This document shows positions 24,777-32,000 of a DNA stretch of 32,000 nt, one piece after another. A model generated the notes under the pieces. The model worked only from the letters and a program-made list of their open reading frames with translations. It did no database searches and had not been told where the DNA came from. Each line of letters begins with the position of its first letter. Positions within the stretch are counted from its first letter, which is position 1. Source of the stretch: an archaeon (GTDB lineage Archaea > Asgardarchaeota > Thorarchaeia > Thorarchaeales > Thorarchaeaceae); contig JAJRZD010000024.1 of assembly GCA_024275415.1 (NCBI GenBank), forward strand, positions 1 through 32,000, written 5' to 3'. The position numbers and the translations under genes are program-made.

Positions 24777-25567
24777 TGTGTCACCTGTAATTCTTTCATG
24801 CTCTTCTTGCTCACAGATTCGAGATAATCAATCATATACCGGAGAGAATCCCGAATGTTCTGTTCATTATCAAACTCAGAAATAATCCTGAGAAGCTCTT
24901 CTCGATCAAGATGCCGCATCTGCTCCGCGTATTCCACCATCAAAGGCAGAGACCTTACTACGTTGTCAACGATTGTGACGTTCGAGTAGACAGAGGTTCG
25001 GCTCATTGGGTTAAGGTCGATAGTAATCACGTACTTGCCCATCTTCCTGAGGGCCTCAGTCCTATCGCCATCTTCCAGAGGTACAAGAACAACGTCTGCT
25101 TTACCAATCCCATCAGGATCAACCTTTCGTCTGTTACTGCTCAATTCAGGTATTGTCGTAGATGGGCGGTCGTGAGTGCCCAGCACATTGGATGCACCTG
25201 CTTCGTGCAATGCAGAAAGTATCGCATCCTCTCGTTCCTTGCGATAGTAGAACAGATTAATCTCTAGGGGAGCATTTGTAAGACGTGATAATTCCACCAA
25301 TTCGGTAGGGACAAGAGAACAGATGTTGCCGTTCACGCTGATTACGGGATGTTCTGCGGTCAACATCGCAGCGACTGCTGCCCGTATTGCCGCACGGGCG
25401 GTCAAGGGGGTTTTCTCGCCGATGAGATAATCGAAAGCCTCTCCGCGTCCGTGCGCTAACAGACCTGCTGTTGCTACAATGCTCGCAAGATGTCCCTCAA
25501 TGACTCTTTCTCGCATCTCTAATGACTCTCGTCTTGGATGGTCATCTGGAATCTCTATCCGTGTCAT
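24773..25567 (-). CDS. pps: 4-phosphopantoate--beta-alanine ligase (archaeal phosphopantothenate synthetase)
   Basis: IPDDHPRRESL, GLLAHGRGEAFDYLIGE, ISVNGN, VPLEDGDR, IDLNPMSRT. True start is probably ATG 25567, overlapping the PoK stop (ATGA). Confidence 0.93.
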   Translation of the reverse strand: MTRIEIPDDHPRRESLEMRERVIEGHLASIVATAGLLAHGRGEAFDYLIGEKTPLTARAAIRAAVAAMLTAEHPVISVNGNICSLVPTELVELSRLTNAPLEINLFYYRKEREDAILSALHEAGASNVLGTHDRPSTTIPELSSNRRKVDPDGIGKADVVLVPLEDGDRTEALRKMGKYVITIDLNPMSRTSVYSNVTIVDNVVRSLPLMVEYAEQMRHLDREELLRIISEFDNEQNIRDSLRYMIDYLESVSKKSMKELQVTQ

Positions 25568-26496
25568 TCTCGTAGAACACCTCCACATTGAGCAATCGTT
25601 GTTACCAGTATCTCCTGAGAGTCCCAATAATGTACCAGGATATCCTTTACATCAGGCACATGCTCCGCATCACAGAAACAGAATACAGAATCGCCGAGCA
25701 TGACCATGCTTGAAAGGTCAAATCCGGCTGATTGAAGTGCACCTAATGCCGTTCTAATCCTAGGAGTCATAAGACCTATCTCGTTTGCGAATGTCCTTGA
25801 AGCATGAATTAGTTCCTCGAAAGACGGGGATTCTGTCAATTCGGATAGTATGGAGTCTCCACACCTGTTTATCTGTTGGCGTGAATTTGGATCCGTCAGG
25901 ATGCTCTTTGTTTCAAGTCCTGTCCTTCCAGCAAGCACTACGGTCTGATCCATGCCATAGTCTACATTCTGTATCGTGCCAATACCAGGCGCGCCTTCAC
26001 GGGTTCGTATCTCCACGCCCCCAATTGTCTGGGCGATAACATCTCCCAGACCTGCGTGATTGACTACCTCTGCTATATGGGCTTGCTGCGCTGGAAAAAT
26101 GTAATCGGAATCAGGATCGATCAACGATGATAGTGCTAGTGCGGTACCAAGAGCACCTGCTCCAGATGCCCCAAACCCCACTCCAATCGGCAAGTCTGAT
26201 TGATGGGTGACTTCCACGTGCAATGTTTGAGCATGAGATTCCATCAATCGTCGTACCACCGTTCTTGTCACTATCGCATCAATTGGTTTTCCATTGTAGA
26301 ACACGGATATCATTGGGTCAATAGGCTCACTGATTCTTACCGTTGTACAAGTCCCTGCAGATATTGAGAAACCTGCGCCCTTAGACCCATTGCAGAGAGG
26401 ATCAGGATGTCCGTCGAAGATTCGAAAGAAACCCGTTATGTGTCCAGGGACAAAAGCTCTAGCAGTTTTCTCAATAGGACTCAATGTTCTCTTCAT
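25564..26496 (-). CDS. pok: Pantoate kinase (GHMP family)
   Basis: AFVPGHITGFF, GSKGAG, LPIGVGFGASGA, HIAEV...GLGDV, SMVMLGDSVF. Confidence 0.92.
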   Translation of the reverse strand: MKRTLSPIEKTARAFVPGHITGFFRIFDGHPDPLCNGSKGAGFSISAGTCTTVRISEPIDPMISVFYNGKPIDAIVTRTVVRRLMESHAQTLHVEVTHQSDLPIGVGFGASGAGALGTALALSSLIDPDSDYIFPAQQAHIAEVVNHAGLGDVIAQTIGGVEIRTREGAPGIGTIQNVDYGMDQTVVLAGRTGLETKSILTDPNSRQQINRCGDSILSELTESPSFEELIHASRTFANEIGLMTPRIRTALGALQSAGFDLSSMVMLGDSVFCFCDAEHVPDVKDILVHYWDSQEILVTTIAQCGGVLRE

Positions 26497-26518
26497 AGTT
26501 CGTAGCTGAAGGAGTGTC

Positions 26519-26565
26519 TATAAAGATAACCATATAGTTATTTGGGAACTATATAGTACTATATA
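26519..26565 (-). promoter_or_regulatory. TATA of the pok-pps-panE operon and an upstream 16-bp palindrome
   Basis: CTTTATA about 23 nt before the pok ATG (leaderless-type spacing). Perfect palindrome TATATAGTACTATATA at 26550-26565. Confidence 0.45.
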
Positions 26566-26624
26566 TTCAATATAATTTATGCCCTGTTGGTCAAGGATGC
26601 ATATTTGACAGAGAAACTGAGTAG

Positions 26625-27425
26625 TCATCTGCGATCCAGTGGAACTAGACTGACATATTGTTTGACCCGCGGATCATCAGAAGGAGGTGCAGGATACGCC
26701 CAGCGAGCATCAATATCACGTCCGCTCAGATCATAGACATTAAAGCTACCGGATGACCAAGTTAATGGACTGAATCCTAGAAGGAGCGTTTGTGTTCTCC
26801 AGCTAGTAACGACAAGATGACGGTTCATGCCCACTGTCGGAACAACAAGAAAGACATTCGATAGTTCCATGAGAAGTGAAGTGCTAATCCGGTAGAAGAA
26901 GCTGTAGGTCTTTCGGTGCTCTTCAGAACCCTGAAGACGCAGGTCATTGAGGTATCTGTGGATGGTTTCATCATGAACAGCAGGATCCATTACATCAGAG
27001 AGATCTTCCACATCAACAGTGATTGCAGTTTCGAAGTAATAAGCTAACGGAAACTCAGTAATATGAATTACCAGCCATTTGTCCTTTGAAACAGTATTGT
27101 AAAGATGCTGAAAGATAGACTGTTTGGATGAGAGCATAGCAGCGTCAAATTTGGCAGGTTCGAAGTTTTCCGCTTCCTCAGATATTACCAGTCTAAAGAT
27201 GTCATCCAGCATGTCGCCATCGTAGCCAATCCTTACGAGGTGATAGGGTAGGTCTCGTGCATACTCTTCCATGCGACCGGTTTTGACAAGGAACTCGTTC
27301 AAGTCGCGTTGGAACGTGTCCACTTCATTATCACTGTCTGTGACAAACAATGATTGCGTGGGCGTTCCGAATGATGAGAGTACCTTCTCATATGCTCTAA
27401 AACGGGCGTCCTTCTCAGCATCCAC
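26625..27425 (-). CDS. Hypothetical protein inside the CoA-biosynthesis cluster
   Basis: 266-codon ORF with normal composition and SD-like GGAGG upstream. No family recognised. Confidence 0.7.
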   Translation of the reverse strand: MDAEKDARFRAYEKVLSSFGTPTQSLFVTDSDNEVDTFQRDLNEFLVKTGRMEEYARDLPYHLVRIGYDGDMLDDIFRLVISEEAENFEPAKFDAAMLSSKQSIFQHLYNTVSKDKWLVIHITEFPLAYYFETAITVDVEDLSDVMDPAVHDETIHRYLNDLRLQGSEEHRKTYSFFYRISTSLLMELSNVFLVVPTVGMNRHLVVTSWRTQTLLLGFSPLTWSSGSFNVYDLSGRDIDARWAYPAPPSDDPRVKQYVSLVPLDRR

Positions 27426-27678
27426 CTGTCAATTTCGCCTCCACATGTTGAGAAGATTCAAGCACCCTACAAGCACCAGCCTATATTTCACACTCTTTCA
27501 GGATTCTCTTTCTGGTCGAATGGAATTTCCTCCCTGACCATTAACGGTAATTCCACTAAGACACCTACAGATAGGCAAAAACTCAGAGGATAACATCTCA
27601 TATATTCTTTGCTCACGCAGTTTCACGAAGCATAAACTTAGATGGGATAGAGATAGACATGAATTCGGTGAATAGCTC

Positions 27679-28914
27679 GTGAAGCATACATCAAAATTGA
27701 TAATCGGTAGCAAGAGCAATGCCCTTGAGGGTAAAAGAGTGGCCCTTTGTGTGACGGGAAGCGTTGCTGCCGTTGAATCAGTTCATGTTGCAAGATCACT
27801 GATGAGACATGGAGCTGAGGTGTATTGTGTTATGAGCAAAGCTGGTCAGAGGATTATCCATCCCGACTTGATGGAGTGGGGGACTGGAAACCCTGTTGTG
27901 ACAGAGCTTACGGGACAAATCGAACACATTACACTTGCAGGAAAACATGATGAGCATGTGGACTTGGTTCTAATTGCACCATCAACTGCAAATACTATCG
28001 GGAAGATAGCTAATGGTATAGATGACACTCCAGTCACAACGACTGTTTCCTCAGCGCTGGGAGCGGGAATCCCAATCATCATCGTGCCTGCGATGCATGA
28101 ATCGATGTATGATCATCCAGCTGTGATCGAGAATATCAAGAAGCTGCAAGAAATGGGTGTTCAGTTCATCCAGCCAAGAATAGAAGAGGCCAAGGCAAAA
28201 ATCCCAGATACCGACACTATCGTAGAAGGAGTCTTGCGAACACTTGGCCCACGGGATTTGGACGGAAGACGATTCCTGATAACCGCAGGCCCGACAAGAG
28301 GATGGCTGGATCGTGTTCGATTCATCACAAATCCCTCAACCGGAAAGATGGGCATTGCAATTGCAGAGGAGATAATTCAGCGGGGAGGAGATGTTACCCT
28401 TATTATCGGTCCCACCGCTGAGAAGACACCGACACTGGCACATGTTATACATGTTGATACATCAAAAGAGATGCTTGAAGCGACACTGACTCACATCAAG
28501 TCGTCAAATCCGGATGTGTTCATATCGTCTGCTGCGGTTCTTGACTATGTACCAGAAGTGAAAGAAGAACGGAAACGTCCATCTGGTGAGTCCTTCTCGA
28601 TACAGCTGAAGCCCACTAAGAAAATCATTGACACTGTTCGCGAGAACCATCCCGACATGTACATTGTCGGCTTCAAGGTCGAAGCAGGTGTATCAGATAA
28701 GGAGCTGGAGAAAAGAGCCCGCGCTAAAATCGAATCAGGGATTTGTAATCTAGTGGTAGCAAATGATTCTGAGAGGAAAGGGGTTGCCTTCGGAACAGAT
28801 ACGAATGAGGTCATAATTGTTGGTGAGAAGGGCTTTCGAGTGGATGTTCCACTAGCATCTAAAAGGAGCATCGCCGGAAGAATCGTAGATGCCATCATGG
28901 AGCAGATTGGGTAG
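27679..28914 (+). CDS. coaBC: Bifunctional phosphopantothenoylcysteine decarboxylase / phosphopantothenate--cysteine ligase
   Basis: VTGSVAA, APSTANTIGKIANGIDD, PAMHESMY, ITAGPT, RFITNPSTGKMG, SAAVLDY, VGFKVE, VVAND. Confidence 0.95.
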   Translation: MKHTSKLIIGSKSNALEGKRVALCVTGSVAAVESVHVARSLMRHGAEVYCVMSKAGQRIIHPDLMEWGTGNPVVTELTGQIEHITLAGKHDEHVDLVLIAPSTANTIGKIANGIDDTPVTTTVSSALGAGIPIIIVPAMHESMYDHPAVIENIKKLQEMGVQFIQPRIEEAKAKIPDTDTIVEGVLRTLGPRDLDGRRFLITAGPTRGWLDRVRFITNPSTGKMGIAIAEEIIQRGGDVTLIIGPTAEKTPTLAHVIHVDTSKEMLEATLTHIKSSNPDVFISSAAVLDYVPEVKEERKRPSGESFSIQLKPTKKIIDTVRENHPDMYIVGFKVEAGVSDKELEKRARAKIESGICNLVVANDSERKGVAFGTDTNEVIIVGEKGFRVDVPLASKRSIAGRIVDAIMEQIG

Positions 28915-28919
28915 CACCA

Positions 28920-29282
28920 TTACAGGATCTCGACAAGGCTCTCTGCCATCCTTTTCATGTCCATGAAAATGAGCCCAAGCTGTGCATCGACCTTTGCAAG
29001 TACCAGTAGCAGAGCACTATCACCGACAGAGGTCATGAGTGTGTATCCTTTGTCACCTTTCACATAAATCTCAAGAAGATTCCCTCTATCAAGTTCTCCT
29101 ATTGCCTTCTCGCCAAGGGATAGTAGGGCTGCACTTATCGCGGCAACTCGTTCTTGCTCGCTTTCTGGCAGAGCAGATGAGATCATCAATCCATCTAGAG
29201 AAACCAACGCGGCACCTTCGACACCAGGCACCGTTTCAAAATCTCGGATTGCAGCATTTATTCGATCAACTCGACTGGACAT
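28920..29282 (-). CDS. Roadblock/LC7 domain protein (MglB-like)
   Basis: GVEGAALVSLDGLMISS, VAAISAALLSLGE, IYVKGDKGY, LLVLA...LGLI. Confidence 0.92.
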   Translation of the reverse strand: MSSRVDRINAAIRDFETVPGVEGAALVSLDGLMISSALPESEQERVAAISAALLSLGEKAIGELDRGNLLEIYVKGDKGYTLMTSVGDSALLLVLAKVDAQLGLIFMDMKRMAESLVEIL

Positions 29283-29383
29283 CTATGATACCTCATTGAT
29301 ATTCTTCATTTGCCATAATCTAGAGGGCTCTATAAAGTGTTGTCGTATCAAAGTGCAAAAAAGGACACGAAATGCGCAATTTA

Positions 29384-32000
29384 TCATACTCCAAAGAACT
29401 CTTTGGCATCAAACCTGCGCTCTTCCTCCTCACGCTTTCGCCTTCGTTCCTTCTCTTCGAGTTTGCGACGTCTACGCTCTTCTCTAGTTTCGGGTTTCAT
29501 GGATCTTTTAGGTTTGTATGTACTGGGCTTCGAATCGCCATACTTCCGCTTCCGGTATTGCCAGGCCACTATGGTAACGACAATTATCCCACCCCCCACG
29601 GCAAGCATTGGAAGTGGTGATATCCTAATGAATAGATAATCCACAAGCAGGATTGATAGGGAATCATAGCCTGTTTTCATTGCAGTGATCTCTATTGAAT
29701 GGAAACCTTGGTTCGCGCTAGTCCACGCTTCATCGACCAGTACATGATAATGCCCCGCCTCGACTTCTTGGGCATCTAGTTGAGTCGAATTCACTGAAAC
29801 AGAAATTGAAACATTGCTGACAGGAATTCCAGCGATATCAGTAATGACGAAAGTGATCCACACTCGGTCACCTTCCCAGATTATCTCTTGGCTCTTGAAG
29901 GCATCCCAGAGAACAAGAGAGTCCTGTGCGTTCCAAGAAACAATATTCTCTAAGAATGCATCACGATCAGATCCAGTGGGGACAGTAGTGGTAATGGCAA
30001 TCTTCCCGTTCCCATAGGTTGATGCAATAATCACTGGCCCACCAGAGTCCATCGCAATGACAGACATATTCGATGGAACACCGACCAAGTGTCCATTAGA
30101 GTTGACACTGGTGCTTATAGCATTGGGTATCGACACCAATGGATGCCCAGGATCGAGAAGGACGAAAGCAGATGTTGCCTCAGATTGGAATTTGATGTCC
30201 CAAGGTAGCCATGAGATATCCTGTGATGCACCGACGATGACAATGACACCACCATTGTAGATGAACTCAGAGAGAGGTTCTGCGTTCGCTACGAGGTCAT
30301 CCGAAAGGTAGGTAAGTGCCGACGGCTCGATGACAACAGTCTTTCGTAAATCGAGAAGTTTCAAGAAGTCTGAGAAGTTTGCTGATTCATAGTAGTCGAA
30401 CTCTACAGACAATGAAGCGAAACCGTCTGGTAGATAATTGCTGCGCCCTAGAGCTGCAACTGAAGTGACTCCACGTCCGGGGATATGTCCAGACAGATCC
30501 AAGGCAGATGGATTCACTGCACTGATTCTGGGATGAGTCGAGGGATTGTATAGAACGATGTCAGGGTCTCCGAAAAGAACCTGCTGATTTCCATAGTCAT
30601 TGGGATCGCCTGATTGGGGATTAGTATAGTCATATGAGATTGCTGTCACAGCGTATGCTAGGGAATCCCCTGTCGTGTTACCCTCACCAAGTGACTCGGT
30701 AAATAAGATGGAAAGAAGGCCAGCTGCTCTGAAATACACAGTACGGGGAGATGCTACGACTGCGACTGCACCATGCTCCATTAGCATGATTGGTAACTCA
30801 GATCCTCCCAAGAGGCACGCAGTAACGACCACTATGGGGGAGCCGATATTCCCTATAGATTGCTCAAGATCCTGCGTGTTTCGGATTATATGATGATTGC
30901 TCTCAGGTTCATACACAACAGGATTGACAAGACCCTTGCCATCAATATCCAGAACGCCCTCTTGTTCCTGCCCGTAAGGAATGTCCTCATCCCGCAATGA
31001 GAAAACACCAGGGCCATTTGGACGCTGAGGTGGGTCTGTCGGGGATTCTGTGAGGGTTCCATGTGTGCTGAGCGACCAAAATGCCACCTGTGAAGCAATC
31101 CCCCCATAGACTTCATTCACACCTACGTGGGGACTTATTGTGAAACCAGCATCCTCTAACGGCCCAACGGTTCCGCTAATCTGCTGTATAATATGGGTTT
31201 CCCCGAAATTATCGACATAAGGAGTGGAGTTGAGTGTATAGGCATATAATGTCAGTAATGCTGTGTCTGCGTTATCTGATGTGCGGAAAAGGAAGCGGTG
31301 TAGTGCAGCCCTGTTTATCATTGCTGCCGCGATACGTACATCCTTTGTTGGTATCCTGCCACTGGCAAAATGGCTTTGCAGTGACCTGTCAAAGCTCACC
31401 TTGACCAGATCTGGTGGGGATATTATTATAGCACTCTGGGTCATTGATTCGTGGAATGCACCTCTCGTATCAAGAAATGATTTGGTAGAGCTTGCAGAAT
31501 ACTGCATCGAATACTTGTTGGGTATCCGTTCATCATACCAACCATTCTCGGCTCTAGTAGTAAATTGAGCCACCACGAAAATCTCAATGTCAGGCCCAAT
31601 CTGATACGGAGCCCAAGTTTCTTCAGCACGGGTAGTGACCAGATTATCAGAGCCACACAGAGAATATATTGATGCACCGTGAGACGCAGCAGAGTATGCA
31701 GCAGGAGCAAAAAGCTCATTGCCTCTGCCCAACGGTACTGTCAGAACGACGTCCATCTCTCCAGAAAGTGTATGAATCATGTTTGTCACTGCTGCATAGC
31801 TGCTCATTACGCTAACGAAGAACGAATCATTCAGTTCATCAACAACGGATTGTGCATGATAGTTCGCTGGATCCACGAAGATAAGGGTGGTAGCTCCTAA
31901 TTGCTCCAGTGCCCACGTAGTTATTGAAGGAACAGCATCATTGTACACATAGAGCAGAGGGGCGTTCAGGAGAGAGGCAAGAACTGCACCATTCGCAGCA
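29384..32000 (-). CDS. Large type I membrane surface protein with CWB2-like motifs and gingipain (C25)/caspase-like protease domain; 5' end lies beyond the window
   Basis: Frame stays open past 31948 to the window edge (AANGAVLASLLNAPLLYV). Motifs STHG (His codon 31061-31063), VTAC (Cys codon 30815-30817) and LFGDP. Followed by a GATase/GIFT-like segment, Ig-like segment, TM and a charged tail. Confidence 0.7.
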   Translation of the reverse strand, partial: AANGAVLASLLNAPLLYVYNDAVPSITTWALEQLGATTLIFVDPANYHAQSVVDELNDSFFVSVMSSYAAVTNMIHTLSGEMDVVLTVPLGRGNELFAPAAYSAASHGASIYSLCGSDNLVTTRAEETWAPYQIGPDIEIFVVAQFTTRAENGWYDERIPNKYSMQYSASSTKSFLDTRGAFHESMTQSAIIISPPDLVKVSFDRSLQSHFASGRIPTKDVRIAAAMINRAALHRFLFRTSDNADTALLTLYAYTLNSTPYVDNFGETHIIQQISGTVGPLEDAGFTISPHVGVNEVYGGIASQVAFWSLSTHGTLTESPTDPPQRPNGPGVFSLRDEDIPYGQEQEGVLDIDGKGLVNPVVYEPESNHHIIRNTQDLEQSIGNIGSPIVVVTACLLGGSELPIMLMEHGAVAVVASPRTVYFRAAGLLSILFTESLGEGNTTGDSLAYAVTAISYDYTNPQSGDPNDYGNQQVLFGDPDIVLYNPSTHPRISAVNPSALDLSGHIPGRGVTSVAALGRSNYLPDGFASLSVEFDYYESANFSDFLKLLDLRKTVVIEPSALTYLSDDLVANAEPLSEFIYNGGVIVIVGASQDISWLPWDIKFQSEATSAFVLLDPGHPLVSIPNAISTSVNSNGHLVGVPSNMSVIAMDSGGPVIIASTYGNGKIAITTTVPTGSDRDAFLENIVSWNAQDSLVLWDAFKSQEIIWEGDRVWITFVITDIAGIPVSNVSISVSVNSTQLDAQEVEAGHYHVLVDEAWTSANQGFHSIEITAMKTGYDSLSILLVDYLFIRISPLPMLAVGGGIIVVTIVAWQYRKRKYGDSKPSTYKPKRSMKPETREERRRRKLEEKERRRKREEEERRFDAKEFFGV

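Noticed and set aside
27679-28250. CoaBC decarboxylase domain lacks the catalytic Cys motif and has PAMH instead of PAMN
   Set aside because: This His/Glu variant is the known archaeal (M. jannaschii-type) CoaC form, not a defect or a novelty.
700-31900. Numerous 60-185-aa ORFs antisense to or nested in recognised genes (e.g. 16503-17054, 21081-21584, 14415-14870)
   Set aside because: Shadow frames of well-supported genes, with no independent motifs or start signals.
1-32000. Selenocysteine recoding or SECIS elements
   Set aside because: No in-frame TGA interrupts a recognisable domain, and none of the hairpins shows an AUGA/GA or GAA/A SECIS core.

Overview
Gene-dense chromosomal window from an archaeon, most likely an Asgard archaeon (Thorarchaeia-like). 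This assignment is inferred from a stand-alone divergent EF-2 paralog, an MglA-type small GTPase plus Roadblock/LC7 protein, archaeal PoK/PPS/CoaBC, tetraether synthase and a BHB-intron tRNA. Contents in order: partial AfuB/FbpB-type ABC permease and its binding protein; two membrane-anchored surface proteins, one carrying a complete P1-nuclease/phospholipase-C zinc site; GGPP synthase; PhzF-family protein; Tes radical SAM enzyme; MazG-like pyrophosphatase; IleRS; M20 peptidase; EF-2 paralog; methyltransferase; tRNA-Gln(CTG) with a 31-nt intron; creatininase-family protein; MglA-like GTPase; class V PLP enzyme; MBL hydrolase; a CoA-precursor cluster; Roadblock; and a large, 5'-truncated surface protein with gingipain/caspase-like and CWB2-like motifs. 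No CRISPR array, integrase or transposase was seen. The least-explained signals are non-coding: several long hand-folded RNA structures in leaders and intergenic regions. The best is the ileS leader, which combines a Shine-Dalgarno-preceded 13-codon uORF with tandem Ile codons, a three-segment hairpin and a hairpin that hides the ileS ribosome-binding site. All folds and protein family calls were made by eye, without running any search.
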